Source: Pristiophorus japonicus
Taxonomy: Eukaryota
Reading direction: 5' to 3'
Assembly: GCF_044704955.1 (NCBI RefSeq)
Contig: NC_091998.1
Span: 44,640,001-44,704,000 of the forward strand
Length of the DNA stretch: 64,000 bases
Shown here: piece by piece, positions 25,961-37,821 of the stretch
How the letters are laid out: each line of letters opens with the position of its first letter
How positions within the stretch are numbered: the stretch's first letter is position 1
The notes under the pieces: model-generated
What the model was told of the DNA's origin: nothing
The model's input: the letters and a program-made list of their open reading frames with translations, nothing else
The model's database searches: none
Position numbers and translations under genes: made by a program

Positions 25961-27181
25961 CTACAACAGATATGAACAGGAAAACCATTAAAAAGGCCTC
26001 TGGTACAGCTGCTTCCACATATTAGTATATATTTTGTTTGTGGCCTATGAGCCTACACTCCCTGATCAGAAGCTTAACTATAAGAATTTAGCATCTGGAT
26101 AGAACATGTTGCTGGGCAAACAATGCTTTATATTTATTGTAAACCAGTTACTGGATAGAAGTTCACTACCTTCTCAGTTCAAAAAAGATGGTTAGTAGCC
26201 ACAATATTCACTAATTGACAAAACTATTAAATTGGCCATTTGAGTTATTTAAAGGAAGCAATATAGGCAAAATTCTGAACAGTTCAACAGAGTCAGAATT
26301 CTGGTAACAATTTACAAATAGTTACTCAAATCAGGCAAGTCCCTTTAAATATTTAGAATTTGAGTTTCATGCTTAAGTGGAAGAAAATAAGCAACCTTGT
26401 TCCCCAATGAAATACACTTAAACGTAAGCTTACAAATCCTGTACCAAAGGAAAACAAATTGAACTTCAAAATGAAGTTTTAAAAAAATTCCATCCCTTTC
26501 AAGAACAGGTGCTTGCACAAAAGGCAATTAGTTGAATATCAAAACTTTAAAAAATGACCAATTGTCAGTGTTGAGGACAGTAAGTATACTCTTCTTTGAT
26601 TTTGACAATTTCAACCCACAATGTTTGATGTATTCCATTTACACCCTTCAATAATTTTTTGATGAAAAACCAGCTTTCTTTCTGCAGCAGCTCCTACATC
26701 AATACATTAGCATGCAAATGTATTTTGCCCCCTGCAGAGGTATGTAATTTGAAATGTTTTAAAACTGCTATTTAAGATTGTATAAAGATAAAAACCATCC
26801 AGTTCCATTTGTCACATAGGCCTCTTGGGACCACCAGATTTTAATAGGCCTGCAGCGCTTTAAGGGACTAACTTGGATGTTAAAACCAACAATTTAGTTT
26901 GGTAAATTCAGTCACCTCTCCCCAAGCTAAATGACTACCAAGAGAGCTGGTGCAACCAATGTTCCCTCCTATTTTTGGGTGCGTGGCCCATTCACAGTTT
27001 CATGCAGGAGTGAAACTTCGGTCCTGTGCTGAGCGGCCGCCCAGCGTATAGGGAATGTTGATCAACGCAGCTCAAGCACCAAATTCCAGTAAGTTGGAGC
27101 TCTGGGCAAGAAAGTTATCCAGTGATGTACCAGTAGGCCATCTTCAGAGTTTACACTTGCCACACTGATTTAATATCTCAC

Positions 27182-27475
27182 CATTCATCACATGGTCAAT
27201 ATTGGTCTCTTTCATCTCTCCACTGGAAACACCATCTTTCCCTACATCCTCTGCTGAGTCACCTATAAAAGCAATTCTTCCACTCGGCTTCTCCAAATCC
27301 TGCTTAATGGGCAGAACAGCAGAAACCCCATCAGTCACAGGAGTCTTGATTTCAGTTGCTGCATCAGTTAGCAGAACCTTCAAATGGGTCTCTTCCAGTT
27401 CATCAGGTACCGAATAGTAATCATCATTCTTCTTATCCAGAACAGCACTGTCCAAGTTACGAGTTATGATCTCTC
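27182..27475 (-). CDS. SLC20A1: SLC20A1 coding exon 6 (variable loop, REII..DHVMNG)
   Basis: 294 nt. Acceptor aacAG|GA, donor G|GTGAGA. Phase 1-1 preserves the frame and splicing gives KRKIEREII. Confidence 0.88.
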
Positions 27476-28670
27476 CTGTTGAGTAAATGCCAAAAAGGTT
27501 TACAATGGCAGCTTCAGCCTTCAATCACAGAACATGAAATGTTCACATTTGAGATCAAGAATCAATCTTCCTATTTCACGCACATTAAATTAAGTTTGTG
27601 AATCAGTCACCAAGAACGATTTAACAACATGAATGGGATGATAAAGACACTTCATAATGTTAATGAATATGTACTTTCCCCAATCAAGGAAGCATACAAC
27701 TTCACTTCAGTATACAATAGTACAGCAACAGTATACAGCCTGTTAAAATGGAGGTGACAATTTGAGAAACAAGCAAAAACACAGTTTGCAGGCTTGACAA
27801 GACTAGTTTGTTGGAATATAGTCATTATAATAGCTTCCTCAACCAAGACATCATGCTACTGGTCCATTAGAATACAAATTACTATAATTTGGCTTTACAC
27901 CAAACTATTTTCCATCATTCCCAGCAATAAGATAGCTGTATGGCAAGCTACTTCAATCCAAATGTACATACAACTCCCAAATAGTGTCACTGTGTCTGCT
28001 CCTGGATTCACTTTACTCAAACATTCAACATGGTAGTTTCAGTTAAACTGCAAAAAAGTGCAATTAACCATGGCAAATCAGGGAACCACTTTTCCAGTCA
28101 GTAGTCTCTAAACAAAGCCCAAATCGACATGTATTATCCACCCCCCTCCCAAAATAATAAGCACCACTAAATCCAAGGGACAATAAAACAGTGAAAGGAG
28201 CTGTAGCATGCATTAACTAGAGCAGCTTCCTACAGCATCAGTGCATTATCAGAACGTAGCAACCCCAGATGGCTGAAGAAATCAAAGGCCGACTTTTGAG
28301 TTACATTTCCCAGCTTGTGAGCGAGAGGAGCCATGGGGTAGGGAAAAGGAGAAGAGAAGAAAAGACTGTTTATGTCCAGTGCAAAGTTCCCACCCCTTCC
28401 ATGGTCTAACATTCCTTTCCTGAACTAAATGTTAACCACAGCAAATTTACATTATGTGATTCATTCTAAAAGTAAAGAAAAGATTATTTATATTGGAGCA
28501 ACAGATCAATAAAGTATCCCAGGACATCCCCATTTCAATAAATTCACAGGAAAAAGTGGCAAATAATATAACAAAACCATACATTATCCTACATCTCTAG
28601 TGAACTTGCACACTCACCTGAAAGCTCACCGTGGCATTTCGACCATGGAAGTCTCTTAAATTTCACTTAC

Positions 28671-28790
28671 TTTCGATTTTTCTCTTCATTCTGGGACAGA
28701 CGATGAACCAGACGAAGAATGCACAGATCACACCACTCCCCAATGTAATCAGCACCATACCCCAGACTGGAATCCGGTTAAATCCCCGTA
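28671..28790 (-). CDS. SLC20A1: SLC20A1 coding exon 5 (LRGFNRIPVWG..FFVWFIVCPRMKRKIE)
   Basis: 120 nt. Acceptor cctAG|TA, donor A|GTAAGT. Confidence 0.95.
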
Positions 28791-29561
28791 CTAGGAAGAG
28801 AAAACGTCCACTTTAGAATCACAAGGTAGAATAGGTACTCTAATATACCACCATTTCTACCCCTCCAACTCAAATGAAAACATACCAACTAGAAACAAGT
28901 AAACTTATGGGGCACCAATTGGAATCGCTGAGTCAACAAAAAAGAGTGAATCCTACAATTAGAACATGATACATGGAAATCTTAAGGAACGCTGCCATAA
29001 ATTGCCCAAAAGAATTCTAAGGCCAGAGTACATCCCTCCACTTTATTAGGAAGCCAAGTATCCAAATCTAGTCCTTATCCATACTCTTGCACATGCAACT
29101 GAAAACTATACATTCTATTCTGTCCCCACACCAGATTTATAAAGACTAGCTTTAAAGAGAAAGGCCTTGATATTCATTATCTCCTATCTATTGCTCAGTC
29201 CCAGGTTTAAAATAGCCATCTTGATGGAATTTAGTGCAAGTTGATTTCATTAACACGGGTGGAGTTTAACTAGCTTTTTTCTTGTTTGAAAATTGAAACC
29301 AAGTCCACCAACAGAAAAGGGAAGACATGTTTTTAAAAATAGGACTAGTCTTTCGAAGGAAAAACAGTTACTATTACTCTTGATTGAAATGCATGAATTA
29401 ATAAGCACAGAAGTGATGTACTCCAATCTGAAGACTTCTGTAGCCAAATGCCTTCTGTGCAACAGTAAGCTTTGATGGGAAAGAATAAATTATGCATTTA
29501 AGACATCTACATGAGGTTTTAAAAAAAAAGGCTGCAATTCAGTCACTCATTTCGTACTTAC

Positions 29562-29658
29562 AAGGTGCTCCCGTGTACATAATAGAGAAAAGATTGATGG
29601 CAATTGTACAGGCATAGAAGACAGGCAAGGCTCGGAGTCCATTTGGCACAGGGTCAGC
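29562..29658 (-). CDS. SLC20A1: SLC20A1 coding exon 4 ([32 protein letters not shown])
   Basis: 97 nt, AG/GT flanks. Confidence 0.96.
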
Positions 29659-29921
29659 CTGCAACATAATGATGTTACGTTCAAGCAGCAAGAAAGAAAA
29701 GCCTTTAATCTATTAATTCTACCCCAAACCCAATCTATAATTTTCAGAAGCCAGCCTAGATCTAGGAGCACCAGCTGTAAAACATCTACAAGACCCACTT
29801 TGTGGCAAACCTACAAAGCTTAAAAAACTAAATACAAAGTGTGGCCGATTTGCCCTCAAGCTAAAATGTGAGGGAAACAGGACAGATTCTCAAATCCACC
29901 ATGCAGATTATACCCCCTACT

Positions 29922-30400
29922 ACTTGCATTTATATAGCATCTTTAACAGAGTAAAACATCCCAGGAATATTAACAAAATTTGACATCATGCCATAAAAAG
30001 GAAGTACAAGGACAGATGGAGAGGTCTTAAAAAAGAGGAAAGGGTTGGCAGAGAGGTTTAGGGAGGGAATTCCAGAGCTTAGGACCTAGACAGCTGAAAA
30101 AATGGCCACCAATGGTGTAGCGATAAATATAGGGGATGCACAAGAGGCCAGAATTAGAGAGCAAAGATCTCAATGTGGGGGGGGGGGGGGGGGAGATTAC
30201 AGAGGGGGGCAGAGGCCATGGAGAGATTTGAAAACAAAGGATGAGAATTTTAAAATCAAGGCGTTGTAATCGGGTGCCAATATAGGTCAATGGAGGAACA
30301 GGACTTGGAGAGAGTTAGAATCCAGGCAGCAGAGTTTTGGATGAGCTCAAGTTGAGGGTAGAACGAGGCCAGCCAAGAGTGCATTGCTATAGTCAAGAAA
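29922..30400 (-). mobile_element. L2 LINE 3' fragment
   Basis: Peptides DYSNALLAG, FKILIL and FSCLGPKLWNSLP, and the GCTATATAAATGCAAG tail. Confidence 0.75.
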
Positions 30401-31292
30401 GACACAGATGGAGGATTTCAGATGTGAAATCGGTGTATTAATTAAAAAATATATATATTTAAGGGTTATAAAACTGCAGCAATCTCTTAACCAAGCACAA
30501 TACAACAGCTCACCAGTCAGCAAGTTATTCCACAAGTCCAAGTGACCATTTTGCAGCAGGCAAAATTGATATTGCAATATTAACCAACACTACAAACAAA
30601 CCCGACTAGAATGGATTCATTGTTTAGATAGCTGCCTCCCATCACTTTTTACAGATGGTTGATAGTTCCCATTCTTGTCTGCAGAGCAACAGTATACAAT
30701 CTGCCCATTTTATAGGCAATTTATCCAGAAAATAAATTACTAGATTATTTTTGCCAGTTTCCTCTCTCCTGAACACCAATTCCCACAGCAATCGCTCTCC
30801 AATACCTCTTGAATTTACCATTCATCATACAAGAACCTGGGCGAGTGTGTTCAGTCTATTTAATTGAATGGGGAAGCAGGAAGAAGGACCTCAGCAGAGC
30901 TCAATCCTGTTTTATACACAAACCCCCTTCCCCACCTCAACCAAGCCTCAGTGGATTGCAATCAGGAGCAAGCAACCAAAGTGCTTTCCCACCCTCTACC
31001 CCAGAGTATTGAGACCAACTGTAGCAATGCCCACTATCGCCTGGCTGCAATAAGAGAGCAGAGTTTAGTTTGGCAACTGAAGTTCAGGTCTTTACAGCTC
31101 AGTTCCACATTGTCCACCACCAACTAAGCCATTAAAAAGGAAGTTGAAGCAACGTTTAAGCAGTGTGTAAACTTGGAATGTCCTCAAAGCTAACTCAATT
31201 TCTTTTTGTTTCCACACTAACTTCAGTGATGGGCCACCTTAGTCTGAACAAGACCATATTTCTTACTACTCCAAATGGTCAGATTCCCTTAC

Positions 31293-31378
31293 CTTGCGTA
31301 AAATGAAGAAGCGGACAAGATAAAAGACAGCAGCAGACATGATCCCAGACAGGAGTGGCGAGATGAACCAGGAAGCCA
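31293..31378 (-). CDS. SLC20A1: SLC20A1 coding exon 3 ([29 protein letters not shown])
   Basis: 86 nt, AG/GT flanks. Confidence 0.96.
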
Positions 31379-31954
31379 CTGTATATTATTAATGAAAAGA
31401 ATGTTAGAACACACACACACACGTATCAGTCCTACAAATGCAGTGCGAGCTCACAATGTTTGTTTTGGGTTCGTGCTGTCCACTGTGACCTCAGCTGCTG
31501 TGGTCAGCACATTAAAAACCAACAAATTATGACCAATATACATCAGTGTGTCCACATTTCAGTCTTCACATTTCTGATCGTAACAAATGCAATAATAACC
31601 AAGTTATTTATGTACCAGTAAATTGTGCCAAATTAAACAAAGGCCCATGCCCACAATTTCCCCAACATGTTTCAGCCATTCCTTGTGCCAAATAGGATAT
31701 TAACGATCACTAGAATGGCATAGAATCTACAGCACAGAAACAATTCAAGGGACAAACCATAATGTGATTATTTTTAAACAAACAGAAATAGAAAAGCACT
31801 CTTAACCCCAACCCAGACTTTACCATCAACATGAAATTCTTCCAGCGCAAGTGACAAATTTGTAACATTGTATTCTCATTTGCTTTGTCGTCCTCCTCTC
31901 CAACCATAAAATCAGTGACCTTGTATGTTTGAAAAGCACAGAGCAGAAACTCAC

Positions 31955-32095
31955 CAATCTTCAGCAGCTTCATCCACTGCACACCATGAGCACCCTTAGC
32001 CACCAAACTGAAACCAATGGTAGCACCCACAATGCAGTGGGTACCAGATATAGGGAGCTTCAAAAATGAAGCCAATAACTGCCAGACAGCAGAAC
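31955..32095 (-). CDS. SLC20A1: SLC20A1 coding exon 2 ([42 protein letters not shown])
   Basis: 141 nt, AG/GT flanks, PiT motif LPISGTHC. Confidence 0.96.
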
Positions 32096-32364
32096 CTGTA
32101 GAGGAGACAATATTATTCCACGAATATTAGCTCATCAATTACTTCATTTCTTAAAATATTGACCAATTATAACAGCAATTATCCAGGATACTTGTGGTGT
32201 AATTTAAAAAAGGTACTATGCGTTGACAATCAAGGTGTGTTTGCGGGGGGGGAAACTATGATCCTGTTCAAGGCTCCTTGGTTGAATCATCACCTTTTCT
32301 ATGTTTTTTTAAAAATACAAAATTACAGTGCTAGATAAATGCAAGTCTACCATTCGTCACTTAC

Positions 32365-32653
32365 CAAACATGGCACTGACCGACCCAGCCATGAGCACTT
32401 CTTGAGTCGTGTTGAACATCTTCACATCAATTATTCCTTTACGGATGGTCTCACTGACGTTGGCACCCAGCAGCACAGAGCCCAACGTTTCAAAGATTGT
32501 TGCCAAGATGCAGGCTTTCCTGAGTGTCAGTACACCTGAACCAACTGCCGTCCCAAACGAATTGGCTACATCATTGGCTCCCACCGAGAACGCCAGAATA
32601 AATGCAATGATGAAACCAACTACTACCAGCCACAGCCAGTTATCTAGAGCCAT
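32365..32653 (-). CDS. SLC20A1: SLC20A1 first coding exon ([49 protein letters not shown])
   Basis: ATG in ACCATGG context, GANDVAN signature, donor G|GTAAGT. All ten exons sum to 2019 nt (672 aa plus stop). Confidence 0.96.
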
Positions 32654-32934
32654 GGTCACTCGGGCTCGTAATGCTTAAGAGGTACGGAGTTTTAAAAAAA
32701 TACTATTGACTTAAATATACAAAATGAGGTAACAAAATATTTTGATATGTAATAAATAACAATTAAATAGAGTATGAAGATTAATATGCACTACACTCAA
32801 GTATTGTGCAGCAGTAATTGCTATCCACTGTGTTTAATAGTCTGTCTTGCATAGTCTTTACAACAGTCAACAATTAGAAGGATTGAAGCGAAATCCATTG
32901 TGGACACAGCAACAGATTTGAGCTGTTCTTCATC
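32654..32934 (-). promoter_or_regulatory. SLC20A1: SLC20A1 5' leader within the first coding exon, with three overlapping uORFs (32933-32874, 32898-32821, 32852-32781)
   Basis: Acceptor ttttccacAG|GATGAAG at 32934. uORF peptides MKNSSNLLLCPQWISLQSF*, MDFASILLIVDCCKDYARQTIKHSG* and MQDRLLNTVDSNYCCTILECSAY* were read directly. Confidence 0.75.
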
Positions 32935-35159
32935 CTGTGGAAAAGCAGAGGGCACATATTACAAACATGTAGCAATATTTCATCATTACTCAACTTTTGC
33001 CAGAGTTCCAAATAATCAGTCAATAAATCCCTTCAATCATCATTTTCTTCCTATGCCCAAGATCACCATTTCAGATTCTGTACTATTAAGCAGAAGTGAA
33101 AAACTACATGTGAAACAACATTTCACCACCATAGTCCAATCAATAAAAAGAATTCCAAACCAGAGAATTCTGTGCACCACACATCCAGATTTGTTAAAAA
33201 GAAATTGATATTGCCCAAACATTTTACATCAGTTCACTAAAATAGCGGTGTGAAGTCCCATCACAATCTTAAAAGACTTGAATTACATTTACATTAAGAG
33301 GGAAAAATAACAAACTGTTTAAGATGTAACTTGAGTTGCCTGAATAGTAATCATTATTAGAAATGAAATCTGAAGGTTCACAACAGAAACGGCTTCCAAT
33401 TGAGCACCCTGTAATAATGTCTGGGCAAATGCACTGTAGTACCAAGTTACAAAAGACTGGAAGTTCCTAAATTCGACCCTTGAGGCTTGGATCTGGGCTG
33501 AATTAACTAACGGTCACATTGATCATGGGGTCAATACAATCAAACACAGTTTCAGAGCAAGAGAGCGAGGTGATGGAGAGAGAACAACAAATAGAAGTTT
33601 CTGATCACTGCCAGCTCTTAGATGACAAATGGAAACAGCATTGGACTTGGCTGCGATAACCTGTACAAGCCATTGGCCCACTGAGACATGCCTACCAGGG
33701 CAAGATACCACGGGGCTGCCAACATCCAGAACCACACTCCAGCAAGAACCAGCAGAAAACCCACAGCACCCTAAACTGTAGCAATAATCTGCTGTCAATG
33801 GGTGTGTGTACTGGGAAATCACGAGAACTAGAAACTTATCAGTCTCCCATCCTCCTCCCTCCGCAAGGCACAGCTCTCAACATTCTGCGACTTATCTATT
33901 CCACATCACACCCCATTCGCCCAAATGTCTGGCCTCCAAAGATCTACATTAGCTTCCAATCCCCCAATAATTCAAAATTAATGCTGTTGCCAGTTCTTCT
34001 ATGGTCTTCACCTTGTTTACATACTCAAACCTATCCTATCTTTACCCAGCATCTACTCCCACCATGTCTTCAGACATCTAGGGCCACGCTCCAAAATTCC
34101 CTCAAAACATCTCCATTCCTAAAATCCACCCTTTTGCTCAAGCTTTTGTTCATCCCTCAATCGCTCTGGTTTGGCACCCATTTCTCATCACACCTGATGT
34201 ATTTTGACACTTTTCCATTTAAAAAGCATAGAGGGGGGCACTGTCTTCCCCCAGCTGCTTTTAACAACAGAATTAAAATCTTAGTCTAATAATTCTGCAT
34301 AATGGTTCAAAAATATTTACTACTAGAACAAATGAACTCGATGGAAATACCAGCAAAATCGCATTTACATAATCTCTTTGAAAATACAAAAATGTTCCAA
34401 AGTGCTGAAGTGCATTTTTTTTTAAATGGACGCTGAGCCAGAATTTATGAAGCAGTTTGGCCAAAGGCTTAGTCAGGGAGGGACTTGGGGAGAAAGCAGA
34501 AGTCACCCATTTTTCCAGCGCCAAGCATTAATTTAAAATATACAGTACGTGCGTGTGCATGCCAGAAAGCAAACTTCAAAGCTCAGCGTGTCAAACTACT
34601 AGAGGATAAACTCAGTCTACCACAATCGATTTAGACCAAGATTTAAATGCAACATTATTCGAGGGAAATCAGCGATTTAAATTTTTTTTTAATACGATTG
34701 CAATTTTCAAAACGCTTTGATTACATGTTAAAAGCCAAATTTAAAAAGGACACAATTTAGTGGAAATCCCGGAAGGAGGGAGAGAAACAATGCTGAAGAT
34801 GGTTTCCAGCGATTTCCTATTGCGATTTTAAAGCGTTAACATTTTCGCGCCTCTTTGTAACGTTTGAAAACAGTAAACAGGAAATGTACTCCCGCCGAGT
34901 CTATTTCAACCCGGCTAGGCTAGCTCGGGGGGGGGGGGGGGGGGGGTGGGATACAGGCGCCTTCCCCGATCCCAGGGATGAGGCTCACTCATCACAAATT
35001 AATTATTTTTTATTCCCTCCAATAAGGGAGAGAGAGAATGCACCAGCGGCCGGTAACAGAAACCGGCCTCTTCCCCAATGGATTGGCAACTTGAGGCACC
35101 CTTTCTGCCCCCCAGTGACTGTACACCCCCTCCTCCCACCGTGACTGGGTACGCTCGTT

Positions 35160-36335
35160 CTCTCTCCCCAATGAATGGGCACCCTTCTCTCTCTAATCCC
35201 CCAGTGAATGGGCACCCTTCTCTCTCCAACCTCCCCAGTGAATGGGCACCCTTCTCTCTCTCTCCAACCTCCCCAGTGAATGGGCACCCTTCTCTCTCTC
35301 TCTCCAACCTCCCCAGTGAATGGGCACCCTTCTCTCTCTCTCCAACCTTCCCAGTGAATGGGCACCCTTCTCTCTCTAACCCCCCAGTGAATGGGCACCC
35401 TTCTCTCTCCAACCTCCCCAGTGAATGGGCACCCTTTTCTCTCTCTCTCCAACCTCCCCAGTGAATGGGCACCCTTCTCTCTCTCTCCAACCTCCCCAGT
35501 GAATGGACACCCTTCTCTCTCTCTCTCCAACCTTCCCAGTGAATGGGCACCCTTCTCTCTCTCTCCAACCTCCCCAGTGAATGGACACCCTTCTCTCTCT
35601 CTCTCCAACCTCCCCAGTGAATGGACACCCTTCTCTCTCTCTCCAACCTCCCAGTGAATGGGCACCCTTCTCTCTCTCTCCAACCTCCCAATGAATGGGA
35701 TCCCTTCTCTCTCTCTCCAACCTCCCCAGTGAATGGTCACCCGTCTCTCTCCAACCTCCCCAGTGAATGGTCACCCGTCTCTCTCCAACCTTCCCAGTGA
35801 ATGGGCACCCGTCTCTCTCTAACCTCCCCAGTGAATGGGCACCCGTCTCTCTCTCTAACCTTCCCAGTGAATGGGCACCCGTCTCTCTCTCTCCAACCTC
35901 CCAGTGAATGGGCACCCATCTCTCTCTCCAACCTCCCCAGTGAATGGGCACCCTTTTCTCGCTCTCCAACCTCCCCAGTGAATGGACACCCTTCTCTCTC
36001 CAACCTCCCCAGTGAATGGGCACCCTTCTCTCTCTCTCTCCAACCTCCCCAGTGATTGGGCACCCCTTCTCTCTCTCTACTTCCCCCCCCCCCTTTTTAC
36101 CCATCCAGAAATGGTCACCCCCGATCCCCCACCCCAGGGTCAGTAAATGGTCACCCAGATCCTCCTCCTCTCTCCACCCCCCCACCTCCCCTCCGGAGTC
36201 AGTGAATGTTCACCCCAGATCCCCCTCCCCCCCGGTCAGTGAATGGTCACCCCCGAGGTCAGTGAATGGTCACCCCCGATCCCCCTCCCAGAGGACAGTG
36301 AATGGTCACCCCCGATCCCCGGTCAGTGAATGGGT
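35160..36335. repeat. Minisatellite of about 35-43-bp units, CCCAGTGAATGGGCACCCTT(CT)nCCAACCTC, upstream of the SLC20A1 coding exons (putative intron 1)
   Basis: Over 20 visible tandem units that differ mainly in (CT)n length. The array degenerates toward 36335. Confidence 0.95.
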
Positions 36336-36879
36336 ATTCCACCCGGCCGCCGCTCGCGACCGGTTGGTGCCGGTCTGCAGTCGGTGTGTGAGCACGAACG
36401 AGTGTGTGTGGGGGCTCCGCGAGCTCCCCCTCGCGCCTGCTGCCAATCAGCTCCGGTCCAGGCCCAGCCCGCCCGCTGAATGAATGAGGCCAGCCACGCC
36501 GGATTGTTCTGGAATATACCGGAGCTGCCGTCGGCCGCATGCGACAGGCCCGAAAACCGGGGAGGGGGGAAGGAACCAGCCATTTCCCTCACACGAAGGC
36601 AAGTGGGCCTCGTACCGCGCCGAACCAACCATGTACCCCCCGAACTTACCAATTAACGATACGACTCTAATCGGTACGATGAGGCAAAGTTAGAGCGAGT
36701 CGGACGCGCGGACAACGGCCAGCCGCGCTCTCCGAAGTTGGCACTCCCGAACCACTCGGTAACCACGGCGCTGGGCACAAACCTCCCCTCTCCGAACGGA
36801 CGTGTCTCGGGAAGGACTACTCGGATGCCTGTCGCGGTTGACGATCGCGCTCTGTTACCAAAGATAACCTCCCGCTCAC

Positions 36880-36945
36880 CAGCTGTCCGCCATCTAATGC
36901 GCGGCCCCGCCTCGCCGCCTCTTATAGGCGTCGTGACGTCGCGGA
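36880..36945 (-). promoter_or_regulatory. SLC20A1: Putative SLC20A1 core promoter and very short exon 1
   Basis: Minus strand reads CRE-like GACGTCA (36940-36934), TATAAG (36926-36921), GC box GAGGCGGGG, Inr-like GCATT (A at 36898, 28 nt from TATA), then ATGGCGGACAGCTG|GTGAGC with a donor at 36880. Lies within a CpG island (about 36340-37010). Confidence 0.65.
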
Positions 36946-37192
36946 ACACGAACGCGCTGGCGTCACCGCCCTCCGCGCGTGCGGCACGCACCCAGGGTTC
37001 CGCAAGGTAAAAAAAAAGGACAAGACCCAGAAGCGCTTTTGCAGCCAAATCAAGCACTTTTTGAAGTGCAGTCACTGTTGTAATGTAGGAAACGCGGCAG
37101 CCAATACGCGCACAGCAAGCTCCCCACAAACAGCAATGTGATAATGTCCAGATAATCTTTTTTAGTGACACAAAAGCTAAATGCTGCGGATG

Positions 37193-37821
37193 ACCCGCTT
37201 TGCGGAGAACCACCGTTCAGTCCGCAAGTGTGACCCCGTCACTTTAATTCCCCGCCCCATTCCCACTCTGACCTCTCCGTCCTCGGTCTCCCACACTGTT
37301 CCAATGAAGCTCAACGCAAGCTCGAGCGACAGCGCCTCATCTTTCGCTTAGGCACTTTACAGCCTTCTGGACTCAACATCGAGTTCAAAAATTTCAGCAC
37401 GTAACCGCTGCCAACCTATGTCTCCCTTCCCCCCACCACCACCCCCCTCAGAGCCTGTTTCTTTTTTCTCTGTGTCTCGAATGGCAATTGGTTATTATCC
37501 CACCATTCACACTCTATCTTGACTAATATTTTTCTAACTCCTGGCATTACCATTTGAATTTGGGCCATCATCCCTTTTGTCTCTCTAATCTCTCCTGTCT
37601 TCCAACCTATCACAGACCTTCCCTTTTGTTCTTTCTTCCCCTCCCACTTTCAGTGCTTGTTAAGAATCAGTTCTTTTCGAACACTCTCCAGTTCTGACGA
37701 AGGGTCATTGACCCGAAACGTTAACTCTGCTTCTTCTCCACAGATGCTGCCTGACCTGCTGAGATTTCCAGCATTTTCTGTTTTTATTCCAGATTCCAGC
37801 ATCTGCAGTATTTTGCTTTTG
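37193..37821 (+). mobile_element. Penelope-like element 3' fragment (end of GIY-YIG domain plus 3' UTR)
   Basis: Encodes RKLERQRLIFRLGTLQPSGLNIEFKNF, homologous to the element at 12942-15992. 15-bp TSD TAAATGCTGCGGATG at 37178-37192 and 37822-37836. Confidence 0.9.
37690..37726 (+). ncRNA. Minimal type I hammerhead ribozyme of the Penelope-like element
   Basis: AGTT-CTGACGA-A-GGGTC-ATT-GACCC-GAA-ACGT-T-AACT: intact core boxes, 5-bp stem II, palindromic ACGT in place of stem III, 4-bp stem I. Confidence 0.8.

Noticed and set aside
35160-36335. CRISPR-like array, and long ORFs of 230-269 aa
   Set aside because: There are no unique spacers, only (CT)n length variation. The context is eukaryotic with no cas genes, and the ORFs are translations of the minisatellite.
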